Notes: a model not told the origin generated them from the sequence alone. 64,000 nucleotides of DNA from a virus (IMGVR_UViG_3300037515_000188:1-64000), one strand, 5' to 3'. Positions 1-12,235 are shown, numbered from the stretch's first letter. Numbers and translations are program-made.

Positions 1-3000
1 CTTATCTGTATAATAATGTTATTAATTAATTGATCCACTACATGTTTTATAATAACGTAAGTCTTTATTAATTGAAAAACTTTTATTTGCGGTGTATGAT
101 TATTAGTTTTAACAAATCCATATGGATGCGTGGAATAAACTGTTAAAATTTTCATAGTTAAATTTGTTTATTTTCTGCTATATTACTATATCAATGCACT
201 TTTTATTAAACCAAATATTTATCCAGATGTTTGACCATAATGGATATAAATATTCTCTCATATCAAATACTATAGTATCTAATTTAGTGTCTAATTTAAT
301 ATAAGAATCCGTTTTAATTTTTGTTAAAATATTATTTAAAATATGTCTATTTATAGAAGTTAAAATTTTCATTTTATAGTAGACCATATATCCAGACGTA
401 TTGGTTGAACAAATTGTTTTATGTTTCTTTGTATATCATTTAATCTAAAATACAAACCAATATATATTAATTTATCATTTCTTATTTTTTCTAAAATTTT
501 ATCTGTAACTGTAATATCAGTATGTTTTAATTTTAAGGGTCTCATTTTAATTTACAATAAATTATAGTATATATCAATACGTATATTATATCTATTAGTT
601 TCATTATTATTGAATTTTTATATTTTTAAGAATAAAACATTGTTTCTTCCATAATAATAATTTTTAATCTTCCAATAAATGCATCCAATGGTTGCAACCA
701 ATAATAATTTCCAAAGTGTGGATAACGTGGTAGTTTGTCATACGTATTATTTTTAAATTTTAAAATTTTCATATTTTTCAATAGGTTAGTTTACTTTTTC
801 CCTAGCTGGTAAAGAATTATAATCATATAAAAAATTTCGTACAATGGAACGTAAATCCCATAATGATCCTATTATAGTTAATTGTGATTGCTTGTTTTGT
901 CCAATTAGATTCCATAATGTATAATATACATTAGACCCGATACAGGATTTAAGAGTAAATTTTAAAATTTTCATATTTTTTAATAGGTTAGTTTATTTCT
1001 CTAACGAATAAGGAACTATTTCTGCTCTAATATTAGTCAATAATGGTTCAGTGGATAAATGTATTAACTTCCATAATGATGATAATGTTGATAGTTTTAA
1101 AACTCTTTTTTTATTTGTAATAATATACATTGCATCACCCATTTTTTCATGTTGTAATTCATAAGGACTAATTAATTTCATTTTTATATTATAACATAAT
1201 GGACCAGTATATTTTAATTCATAAGGTTTAATTAATTTCATATGTTATTTTTTATTTAACTGAAACCAAATACTCAGACGTATTGGATATATAAGTTGTC
1301 TTATATTTGTTTCTATATTTCTTATTTTGGCATAATATGGTAATGATTCTTTATAAGTATAAAACTTATTATGTAGACTATACATATATCTTAATTTTAA
1401 AATTTTCATTTCAATTAAGTTCCGACACTCCATCATAATAGATTTGAAATGTATATTTTAGACTTCTTTGTCTAAGACCTATCTGTATTGCGATTGGTTG
1501 TGAATATGCCTCATGCAATGCCAGAAATTGCCATGCCAGAGCACGAGCCTGTGCCGGACCATAGAGTCCAGCAGCATGTAGTAGACTACCATGCAGAGAC
1601 GGAGCAGGTATTCCGGCAGCATCATTAGTATTCTTAACAGGTATTTCTTTCCATGGATGAGTGGGATTTTCTCTATATACAGGTTCCCATCCGGTTATCG
1701 TTCCTTCCGCATGATCCGGAGTCATTTTAATTTTTCCAATATAGCATATAATTTTTTGGCGCAATGTCGGCATGCAGCAATATAACCTGCCCCATATAAT
1801 GGACCAAATGGGTTTTCATCCATGATAAAAGTGTTACATTTATCAGCAAATTCCTTTATTTCATTTTGTACTTCATCGAGTATGGTTTTTAAGTTTTCAG
1901 TCATGGTATTTTTCCTCTGTTGAATTAATTATAACATATAGAATAGTGTATTTAATAGATATTATATCATGACTGAATATTTTAGTATATATTTTTTCCA
2001 TTTCTGCAAATGATAGTGGCGAGTTAAAAATAATTCTTTTTTTATATGGATTAAAAATTAGTGTATTTAAAATTTGCATAAAGTTTTTCAGTGATATTTC
2101 TTTTTAAGTTGGATAATGATAATAATATCTCTCGTTTCATATTGAATATATTAGGTGGGGAAACTATTATAGTATATAATATTTCATCTTTTTTATAAGA
2201 TGGATTAAAAATTAATGTATTTAAAATTTTCATCTTATAAATATAACATAATTAAAATAATAAATCAAATCGTGGTTAATGCTTCCGATATCATATAGAA
2301 TTTATTATTATGGAAAGTATTCGAGATGTTTTTGTGTTAATATGATTGAATAGTCTAATACCTGATAATCCTGATAATCTTTCATTAAAAATAAGTTTCA
2401 TTTTCGTTCCTTCGTAATATCTGTTATAAACTAATGTATTCAAGATTTTCATTTTAATTGCATATATTCGATAATATTATTTTTAAGTTGGAAAGTATGA
2501 TCAAGTATTTTTTTCTCTATTTTTGATACTATGGAAAATTTATTCATGGATAATATTTGTTGTCTTTTATTCTTCCATATATAATTGTCTATGTTCGTAT
2601 GTATTATGGATTCTAAAATTTTCATAATGTAAGTCTAATATAATGGAAAGAATAAATCAATATATTTTAAAGCTAAATATCTAAAAATATTATGTTTTAA
2701 AGGTACTATATCATGAATATTTATTTTATCATATATATTTCTATTTTTTGTTATAAGTGATATTAAATATAAGTTAATACCAATTCGGTCTTTATTTGAT
2801 GGGTCATATATTAATGCGTTAAGTATTTTCATATTTTTTAGAACTGATGCGGTATCTGACACGTCCTGCTAATATATCCAATAGTGCATATCTATTAAAA
2901 TTTGTTCCGATGTTAATTTTGCAGTTAATATATTCATTAACATAAATTTTTATTTGTGTTATTAAATTGCTCATAATGTCAAATTCAGTATTGATTATTT

Positions 3001-6000
3001 TTCTATTTTTTCTTAATATATTAATATTAAAAATTTTTGGAATACTCCATTTACCTGTATCAGTATAAATTTTAGGTTCGTATATTAATGCGTTAAGTAT
3101 TTTCATATTTTTGTGTTTCTTGCCATATAATATTACGCAGTGGCATTATTATATTATATATATCTTGATATATAGTTCTAGTGTTTCTTGCCATATAATA
3201 TTACGCAGTGGCATTATTATATTATATATATCCTGATATATAGTTCTAGTCTTTGATGATGGATAATTAATAAATATATCAGGATGTATTATGGATTTTA
3301 AAATTTTCATATTATGAGTTTAACAAAATAGAAAGAATAAATCAATATCTAATAATAGTGTATTTTAAAGATATTATATCATTCATCCGCATATGGAAAA
3401 GTGTTTTACTATATATATTTTGTCGTTTCGCCATTGGTAAAGATAAATTAATGACGAAATTATTTTTATTGGAGTGATTATAAATTAATGTATTTAATAT
3501 TTTCATAATAAATCAGTTTCTTGAAGTATTGCTAAAAAAATATTCCATTTCATGGTCCCTATAATAGATATTCTGTCATCGGAAGTTATTAAAGAACGTA
3601 TCCTTTCCGATAGTTTGGAAATTAATAATTCATGAAAGAATAATTGTTCAGTTGCGGGAATGATATTTAATATTTTCATGTTTTGTTATAATTTGATGCA
3701 TGTTCATTAGTAGTGGAAATATTATATCATAAATGTAAATAAATACTTTGTCATTAGTTATTATCTGGCTGGTTAATGATAAGGGTAATTCATAACTTAG
3801 TATTTTTTTATCGTATATACGAAAGGTTAATGAGGTTAATATTTTCATTATATACACTGTTTAAGAATAATGTGTTTTAAACCTAATATATCGGAAATAG
3901 GGGAAATTATTTTAGTATATAATTTTTCATCTTTCTTTATAATTGATTTAATAATAATTATTTTTTCATAAGATGGATTAAAAATTAATGTATTTAAAAT
4001 TTTCATAATAATAATTGATAATAGAGATAATTTAATAATAATTCTTTTTTCATAAGATGGATTAAAAATTAATGTATTTAAAATTTTCATAATATATATA
4101 TTTTAATATGGAAAATAAATAAATGAGTTTATTTTTCGTAATATATGCATACGTATTGGATATATTTGTTGTTTTATATTTGTTTGTATATCTTCTATTT
4201 TATGATATTTGAAACAATGTCCTTCATTATATGATGAATAAATAAATTTATGTATATATTCATACCATACGGAACCTGCATATAAATTAAGTTGTAAAAT
4301 TTTCATAATGATATGGAGTCTATAATATTGTTTTTAATCGGAAGAATATGAGCATCTATCGTTTGCTCTATAGTTACCATAGTCTTAAAATTATTCATGC
4401 CAAACATCTGTGATCCTATATTTTTCCATAAATAATTGTCTATTTTATTTATGGTTCTTAAAATTTTCATGTTATTCTTTGTGTATATTTTCTATTATAT
4501 TACGCCATATTGGAATTATTGCATGATATACATAATTAAACACATTCATATTAACGTTAAATGTATTTGCCGGAATATTAGATGGTAGTCCAATAAATAT
4601 AGTTTTTTGTATATTAATATCTAATTTATTACATGATAAATCATTTAATATTTTCATTATGATATTATAACATGATATTGATAATGAATCAAATCATAAT
4701 TGAGGAGAAACATATCTAAGAATAGTATATTTTAAAGATATTATATCAAGAATGGAGTCAATATATATTTTAGTATATACTTTTTGCATTTCTGGCAATG
4801 ATAATACATATAAATTAATAGTACTTTCTTTTTGGTAAGCTGGATTATAAATTAATGAATTAAGTATTTTCATGATTTTTTATAAATTCTATAATGTTAT
4901 TCTTCAATATGATGGATACGATATCATATATTTTTACTTCCATATTTGTTATTCCAAACACGATATATTGGTCAGATAGTTTCATATTGAGCATAATATC
5001 TATTCTATTATATATGATAGATTCTAAAATTTTCATCTTATAAGTATAACATAATGGAAATAATGAGTCAAATATTGATTATATAATGAATAGTGAAATG
5101 GGAGATATTATAGATCAATCTAATTTTTTACATATATAATGAATAGAGATGTGGGGTGTAGTGGTATTATGTGGGAAATATTGGAAATCTATTGGGGGAT
5201 GTATTGAAGAGTTGGGGAGCTTAGTCCGCCTTCAATCTCTCATTAATATTTCAAAAATTTTATCTTTTAAAAGTCCCCGTATATTAATCATATCATTATA
5301 AAATTCGTAAAATTTATATGTATAAAATTCAGGTGATACTACCATAGGTGGCTCTATTTTCCATATATCCTTGTTGTTAATGTGTAATTTCAAAATTTTC
5401 ATAATATTTCATTAAAAGTCCCCATATATTAATACGTAATTTAATCATATCATTTGATAATTCTGATGTATAAAATTTAGATGTTACTAAAATAGCTGGT
5501 TTTATTTTCCATATATGCTCCCATATATGTTTCTTCCATTCTCTGGTATTATGTAATTTCAAAATTTTCATAATATTTCATTAATTTTATCTCTTAAAAA
5601 TCCCCATATATTAATATGTAACTTAATTATATTATCATTAAAAAATTCAGATGTATAAAATACAGATGCTATTTTAATATATAGGTCTATTGCCCATATA
5701 TGTTTATTTATTTCTTTATTAATGTGTAATTTCAAAATCTTCATAATTTTAAAACTCTCATAATTTCATTGTATACGTAATTGCGCAATCCATATACAGT
5801 ATTATAAAATTCAAGAGTTAATGTAGGACATATATAATATTCCACCATCTCTTTTAGTTCAATTTTTTGAAATTTCAAAAGTTTCATTTATGTTATAAGT
5901 ATAGCATAATAGAGATAATAAGTCAATTTATTTTTTCATATTTTTCAATAAGTTAGTTTATTTTTTCCCTAGCCAGTAAAGAAATAATTTATAGAATTAT

Positions 6001-8752
6001 TTTTTATTGGTGTGATGGATATATGAATTGGTCTCCATATTGTTTTCATTTCTAAATTAAATTTTTCTGACGCCAATGCATCCCAGCAGTTAAACTGTTT
6101 TTTATTCAAATTTTTTATTATATTATATAAATTTATTGATTCTAAATTTTTCATATTTTTCAATAGGTTAGTTTATTTTTTCTCAGGAGAATAAAATATT
6201 GTTTCTTTTATAATAATAATTTTTAACCCTCCAATAGATGTAGTTACTGGTAGTAGTATATAATTATATGTTCCAAAATATTGATAATATGGTAATTTGT
6301 TATACGTATTATTTTTGAATTTTAAAATTTTCATATTTTTCAATAAGTTAGTTTATTTCTTCTCGGGGGGAGTAAAACATTATTTCCTCTGCAAGAATAA
6401 TTTGTATCAATCCAAATTGGGTGTATAATGAACTCCACAATACTGTTAATTTTTTATTTAATGGATATGTACCGGGGACTTCAGGAATATTCATACTGAT
6501 AAGTGTATCGTTTATATGTAATGTTTTTAAAGTTTTCATAATCTATTAATTAACTTTGAAAATTTTATATCTAAATCTTCATATATATGATTACGTAATG
6601 AATTGGTCGCAACATTTATTTTCTGAAACATATTCAATGATAGCCAATAATTTTTTAACCCACCAATACTTATATCATTTCCTTTAATTTTTAATTTTAA
6701 AATTTTCATATTTTTCAATAGGTTAGTTTATTTTTTATCAGGATAATAAAATATTGTTTCTTTCATAATAATAATTTTTAACCCTCCGATAGATGTAATT
6801 AACTTTGAAAATTTTATATCTAAATCATCATATAAAATAGCAAGGAATGGATTTGTTGCAGCCTCTATTCTATGAAACATCTTTATCGCCAACCAATAAT
6901 TTTTTAACCCGCCAATACGTATATCATATCCTTTATTTTTTAAATTTAAAATTTTCATATTTTTCAATAAGTTAGTTTATTTTTTCCCTAGCTGGTAAAC
7001 AACCATTTCTGCTCTAATATTAGTCGTTAATGGTTCAGTGGATGAATATATTAAGTCCCATAATACACTACGTAGTAGTATTGGCATTTCCAATAATTTA
7101 TAATGTATATTAACACGTATATTGTATTTATTATTTTCCTTAGTTCTGAATTTTAAAATTTTCATAACTTTCAATAATGTTTATATTACTAGTTTTTAAT
7201 GGATAGACTGATATGAATACTGAATTCCATATGCTAGCTGGTTCATCATGTATTTCAACAAATGAATTTATATTACTCATTTTTATAGTATTGAATAGAT
7301 TTATAGATGTTAAAATTTTCATATTCTGTTATCACTAATTTAATAACATGTTTTAATACACTTATTTCATCAAATACAATAACTGAAATAATATTTGCAG
7401 TATCTACAGAATTTATTGTTAATTTATTAATTAAAGTATTATACCATAAAAATTCCGGCTTTTTAATTGATTTTAAAATTTTCATATTTTTCAATAGGTT
7501 AGTTTACTTTTCTCAGTGGGGATAAATAATTATTTGTTCTATAATATTAATTTGTAATATACCTACTGGAAAGGATATTAAATTCCATAATTTTGCCAAT
7601 GATCCTTCATGTATTATATCAAATGAATGGATATTACTCATTTCAATAGTATATAATAAATTAATTGATTTTAAAATTTTCATATTTTTCAATAGGTTAG
7701 TTTACTTTTTCCCTAGATGGTAAAGAATTATAATCATATAAAAAATTTCGTACAATGGAACGTAAATGCCATAATGATCCTATTACATACATTTGATTAT
7801 TATATTTAGATGACCATATTGTATAATATACATTATAACCAATACAGGATTTAATATTACATTTTAAAATTTTCATAAATTTCATCTACAATATTAGATT
7901 TTATCGAAGAAGTATACACATATATTTTCTTCCATATTTTTTTGTTTATTGTAAATGTATTAGATTCCCATAAGGTATAATATGTATCATACCCGATACG
8001 GGATTCAAAGTTAAATTTTAAAATTTTCATAAATTTCATCTACAATATTAGATTTTATCGAAGAGGTATACACATATATTTTTTTCCATATCCTTGTTTT
8101 TATTGTAAATTTAGATATATCGGGTCTAAATTTTAGATTATAAAGATTAAGTACTTTCATATATTATTTTGGTTTAATGTAATTTCCCGTTTTATATATG
8201 ATGTTAAAATATTAAATATAAAACCTAACTGTGACGACATTGCCGTTAACATGATTTTTTTATTAAGTGAACATGAATTTAAATTTGTAATTTTACATTT
8301 TATTTTAAATGCATTATCATTTTTTGAATGGGTAAGTGTTTTCATTAATCTGCTAGTTCTACTCTAAAATGTAAATTACAATTGGAGCATTCATAATTTG
8401 CATAATCACCACCACCGGTTAATCCATAATAATCATCATTGACATGATTGGCATCCGGATGTAGCCACCAGCCATTGTCACCCTTTGGCATGGGAGAATT
8501 TTTGAGCATATATTTCTTTGTTGCATTTTTGTATTATAACATAATGGATAATTAATGTAAAGAAAATGTTTTATGCAATTTTATACTTATGGATCGAATT
8601 TCATTTGTTATATGAAATTTTATATTGTGTAATGAAATATTGTGTAATGAAACATGTGTCAGTCGAGAAAAATTATTTTGTGTTTTATTCATATCATATA
8701 CTGCATCACCCAGTTTTGCATATATTAAATCATAAGGATTAATTAACTTCAT
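1..8752 (-). CDS. Array 1: ~40-45 tandem micro-ORFs (45-95 aa) of a hypervariable MK[ILT][IL] family
   Basis: ORF track plus shorter ORFs visible as recurrent (a/t)tttcat starts on the + strand. Starts are MKILK/MKILN/MKLI, stops overlap or abut the next start, and many pairs are paralogous. Confidence 0.75.
1411..1725 (-). CDS. hypothetical protein interrupting array 1 (likely start MTPDHAEG)
   Basis: Higher-GC ORF, not of the MK family; ATG overlaps the stop of 1722..1904. Confidence 0.6.
   Translation of the reverse strand: MTPDHAEGTITGWEPVYRENPTHPWKEIPVKNTNDAAGIPAPSLHGSLLHAAGLYGPAQARALAWQFLALHEAYSQPIAIQIGLRQRSLKYTFQIYYDGVSELN
1722..1904 (-). CDS. hypothetical protein
   Basis: 60-aa ORF preceded by GAGG. 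Confidence 0.65.
   Translation of the reverse strand: MTENLKTILDEVQNEIKEFADKCNTFIMDENPFGPLYGAGYIAACRHCAKKLYAILEKLK
3113..3248. repeat. 68-bp tandem duplication inside array 1
   Basis: 3113-3180 and 3181-3248 are near-identical. Confidence 0.9.
8345..8526 (-). pseudogene. small Cys-containing protein, apparently frameshifted in an A5 run
   Basis: The promoter-proximal ATG (8526) gives MQQRNICSK. The continuation NSPMPKGDNGWWLHPDA...YECSNC...ELAD* is in another frame (8345..8509). Confidence 0.45.
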
Positions 8753-8961
8753 TTTTATATTATAACATACTAAGTAATTGATGTAAAGGACGATTTTTCA
8801 GTTTTCAAATGGAAAACCCTAAACGATTTTTCCATTTTGGTTTTCAAAACCCTAATTGTTTTTAATTAATTTATGTAATCTTTAATTCATGAATTGTTAA
8901 TGATTAAAAACTCGTTAACAGAGTATTGACAAATTTATTTAATTATGTAATACTATATTAT

Positions 8962-9195
8962 ATGAAAGATAGTAATAAATTTCCATTATACTTATATGGA
9001 CCTTGTGACGAGGTAAATATAGTTCCTGTAGTGGGAGATACTATTGCGATTATGATATATTCCACCAGAGTATCGTTTAAGATCGTGACTGATGTTATAA
9101 CCGATGAATATGGATATATTACTATATGGGTAGCGGGTGATAAACAATATCGTTTATCTGAATGTTTTATTATACGATATGAGGAAATTAATTAA
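8962..9195 (+). CDS. hypothetical protein (probably leaderless)
   Basis: TTGACA...TACTAT immediately before ATG 8962; followed by a terminator. Confidence 0.7.
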   Translation: MKDSNKFPLYLYGPCDEVNIVPVVGDTIAIMIYSTRVSFKIVTDVITDEYGYITIWVAGDKQYRLSECFIIRYEEIN

Positions 9196-9230
9196 TTTAT
9201 TTGATTTCATATAAGGACATGGTTAAATTT

Positions 9231-9255
9231 TAGGACAGGGAAGTCCTTTTTTTTA
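9231..9255 (+). terminator. intrinsic terminator
   Basis: aggac-aggga-agtcct hairpin followed by a T run. Confidence 0.6.
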
Positions 9256-9760
9256 TTATAGTTAATTTATAAATTCTTTATATTCTATATTTTATATTGT
9301 AGTTTATATTATCATTAATCATTCCATTGGATATTATTAATGTTAATAATGATTCCATTGGAAATTCATTTATAATTTTTTAGTGGTGTGGTGTTATACT
9401 GTACTACAACACCAGTGTTGTTTTTTGCCACATATGGTGGTAAAAATACCACGGAATTTTAGTTCTGTTGTTTTTTTGCAACAGCTATGACAAAATAACT
9501 CCGGAACAACTATTCTGTTGTTTATTTGCAACATGTGTTGTAGTTATACCACACTTGTCTCGTTTTTGCAACTCCTTGTTGTTTATTTACAACAAATTTA
9601 TTTAAGATAAGCGAACCCCTTCCAGCGGGACGCTAGAATGATGATGATACTTACAGTATACCATAATGTAAAGATTATTTCAATGGGTTGACAAGATTGA
9701 TTTATTATGGTATTATATAGATAATGGGAGATATGAGTTTTCTAAAAGTTAAAAGCACAG

Positions 9761-9847
9761 ATTTCCCCCTGCTCGTGGCCTTCTCTCCGATGCTTCGCAG
9801 TCCTGTTGTTTATTGTTGGGAGCGGACTACTTCTTCTTCGACTTCAA
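9761..9847 (-). ncRNA. conserved 87-nt element, copy 1 (putative sRNA)
   Basis: Near-identical at 20500-20586 and 42574-42660. A - strand TTGCAT..TGgTATAAT promoter lies directly upstream; GTAGTCC/GGACTGC stem. Confidence 0.6.
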
Positions 9848-9944
9848 AACCATTATACCATAATAAGCAAAAAAATGCAAGGTGGATTTTTACTTTTATT
9901 TGTGATATGATAGGGGTTCTCAAAGTTGAAAGGAATTGATTGAA

Positions 9945-10109
9945 ATGAATGAAAACAAAGATACCTTAGATCATTTGGAAATGTGGCTTGCTTGTGAACC
10001 AGCGGATGAATATTGTACTGTAAGTTGGATGCGACAGATCGCTGCTGATTGGCGTGAAGAACGTTATCAATTTGAAGCATTTGAAAAACTAGTTGATAAA
10101 AATTGGTGA
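9945..10109 (+). CDS. hypothetical protein (54 aa), weakly similar to the N-terminus of 49164..49478
   Basis: MNENKDTLDHLEMWLACEPADEY...ADWREER vs DALDRLIEWINQEPEDK...RDWTKDR. Confidence 0.55.
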   Translation: MNENKDTLDHLEMWLACEPADEYCTVSWMRQIAADWREERYQFEAFEKLVDKNW

Positions 10110-12159
10110 AAACATTAAAATTTAAATATATTTATAAGCTTCCTAGAATTACTAAATATTATTATAGTAATACTAATAATATTAATTTGGTCTTTTTACA
10201 ATTACATTATGATAAATTAGGAAATGTTGTAGGTAATCAGGTATATGAGCAATTAAAATTTCCATTATTGCAAGAGTTAGATAATGATAATAGAATTATA
10301 TTAAAAGGTACTGCATATAGAATTATATTAAAAGGTACTGCATGATATGAAAATTTTAATTGATAATAATAATTTGCAGGATTTTGATAATATTAGACAA
10401 TTGCTAATTAGAAATCATAAAAATAAATATTTTGATATGTATTTATTATATGAGACTGGAGTATTTTATAATCTTGGTTCATTGTGTGATATACTCCGAG
10501 AATCAATTGATGAAAACAATTGTTTTTAAAAATATGAAACAGTATTATGATATATGTTTTTCTAATGAGATATTTAGAAACTTATTAGGTACTAAATTAA
10601 GTGCTGGAATTAGTATTGAAATGAATCCTGTTAAAATTTCAATTGTTCAAATATTGTGTGAACAAATGAGAATGATTAATGAAACTAATAAATTCAATTC
10701 TTTCTAATTATGGTGATTTACCGCACTATAGTTTCTATAGTATAATTAAAAATTCAATAGGAGTTACAACATGTGTTTCAACATATAGTAAAATTCATAA
10801 TCAGTTACATCAATTGTATGTAATATGGTTAAATATATCTTGTGAAATGGAAAATTATTTTAGTGGGGAGAATTGATTAATGAAAACAATAAATTCAATT
10901 CTTACTGATTATGGTTATTTACCACATTATAATTCCTATCTTACAGTTAAAAATTCAATAGGAGTTACAACATGTGTTTCAATATATGGTGAAATTCATA
11001 ATCATTTATCTCAATTATATATATTATGGTCGGATATATCTTGTGAAATGGAAAATTATTTTGGTGGGGAGAATTGATTAATGAAACTATTAAAATTTAC
11101 ATATACTCATAATCTTCCTACCGTTCCTAGATATTATTATTGTTATATTACAATTGCGCACTCAATAGGAGTTACAAAATGTAATTCAATATATAGTAAA
11201 ATTCATAATCAGTTACGGCGACGGAATATATTATGGTTTTATATATCTTGTGAAATGGAAAATTGTTTTTTTATGCGGAGAATGATTAATGAAAATTATA
11301 AACACATTAAAATATTATGCCTGTTTTCATTACATTAGGTTCATTATGTAATATAATTAAAGAAGTAATTAATGAAAGTCATCCCTATTAAAAATATACA
11401 ACGTTGTTATTATGGGGCATATTGTTATTATGGGGTATATAATAATATTGAAAGATTAATAAGTAGTAAATTGTGTATTAACATTAATTTTAGAGTATAT
11501 CCTGTTAAGAGTTCAGTTGTTCAAATATTGGATGATCAAGTGAGAATGATTAGTGAAAACAATAAATTCAATTTTTGCTAATTATGATGGTTTAGTTTAT
11601 TATCATTACTGTATTACAGTTGAGAACCCAATAAGAGTTACAAAATATAAATCAATATATGATGAAGTTCATCATCAGTTGCATCGGCGCAATATACTAT
11701 GGTATGATATATCTTTTGAATTATGGTATAATATATCTTGTGAGATAGAAGAGTGGAAAAATTATTAATGAAGCCGTTACAATTACCTGCTCCTTGTTTA
11801 TTAGAATATTATTATGATATAATAATTAAAAAACTAGTGAAACCGGAAAAAATTAATTTAATAAAGAATACATTTGATTCGATAGAATATAGTCCTATAT
11901 TAATACTTGCTGAGATTACAAATAGGTTTAAACAATTAAAAATTATTCTAATATTATGAAAATTATAAACACATTAATGTATAATATAGAATTACGAAAA
12001 AAGATATATACAATTATACAAGAATATGATAAAAAATATGCATCCATGCGGTTTCCTTCTGTTCCGTATGATACAAATGATTCAGTTTCTAATAAGATGT
12101 ACCCGTTTACAAATATTGTAGTGGACGAATTATTAAGAATAATTCATAAAAGATATTGA
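10103..12159 (+). CDS. Array 2: ~11 tandem MK[TLIV][IL] micro-ORFs
   Basis: 10679, 10880, 11081 and 11553 are clear paralogs (SIGVT..SIY..IH.QL....LW..ISCEME); overlapping ATGA junctions. Confidence 0.75.
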
Positions 12160-12235
12160 CAAATAAAATAATTTAATATAATATGAAAAATAATATCATG
12201 AATTTTATAATATTTTTGTAAGTTTAAAAAAACAG
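12157..12235 (+). mobile_element. internally deleted IS607/TnpB-type miniature element (left end with promoter fused to right end)
   Basis: 5' half aligns with the promoter end of the 20061-20226 element; tatttttgtaagtttaaaa (12211-12229) is identical to 13709-13727. Confidence 0.5.

Larger units (their letters stand above)
759..7716 (-). repeat. ~45-nt inter-ORF junction repeat, 9 copies (GGAAAAA(G/A)TAAACTAAC(C/T)TATTGAAAAATATGAAAATTTT on - strand)
   Basis: + strand aaaattttcatatttttcaata(g/a)gttagttta seen at ~759, 961, 5931, 6141, 6321, 6697, 6946, 7471, 7670. Confidence 0.9.
8790..9880. repeat. Repeated intergenic module 1 (A-box, ATTCCATTGG box, TGTTG-N8-CAACA cluster, back-to-back promoters, 87-nt element)
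   Basis: The same ordered elements recur at 19718-20620 and 41741-42695. Confidence 0.85.

Noticed and set aside
5931-7716. CRISPR array or integron attC cassettes
   Set aside because: Spacers are 150-500 nt and coding. The repeat is not palindromic and does not fit RYYYAAC/GTTRRRY. No cas or integrase gene is in the window.
1-8752. Stop-codon reassignment explaining the short ORFs
   Set aside because: Successive ORFs change frame, each restarts with a conserved MK motif, and long genes such as rIIA are intact in code 11.
9724-9939. 71-aa ORF across the 87-nt element
   Set aside because: The start and frame are not consistently conserved in the other two copies; conservation is at nucleotide level.
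10679-11768. Diversity-generating retroelement TR/VR pairs
   Set aside because: Differences between copies are not confined to adenines and no reverse transcriptase is present in the window.
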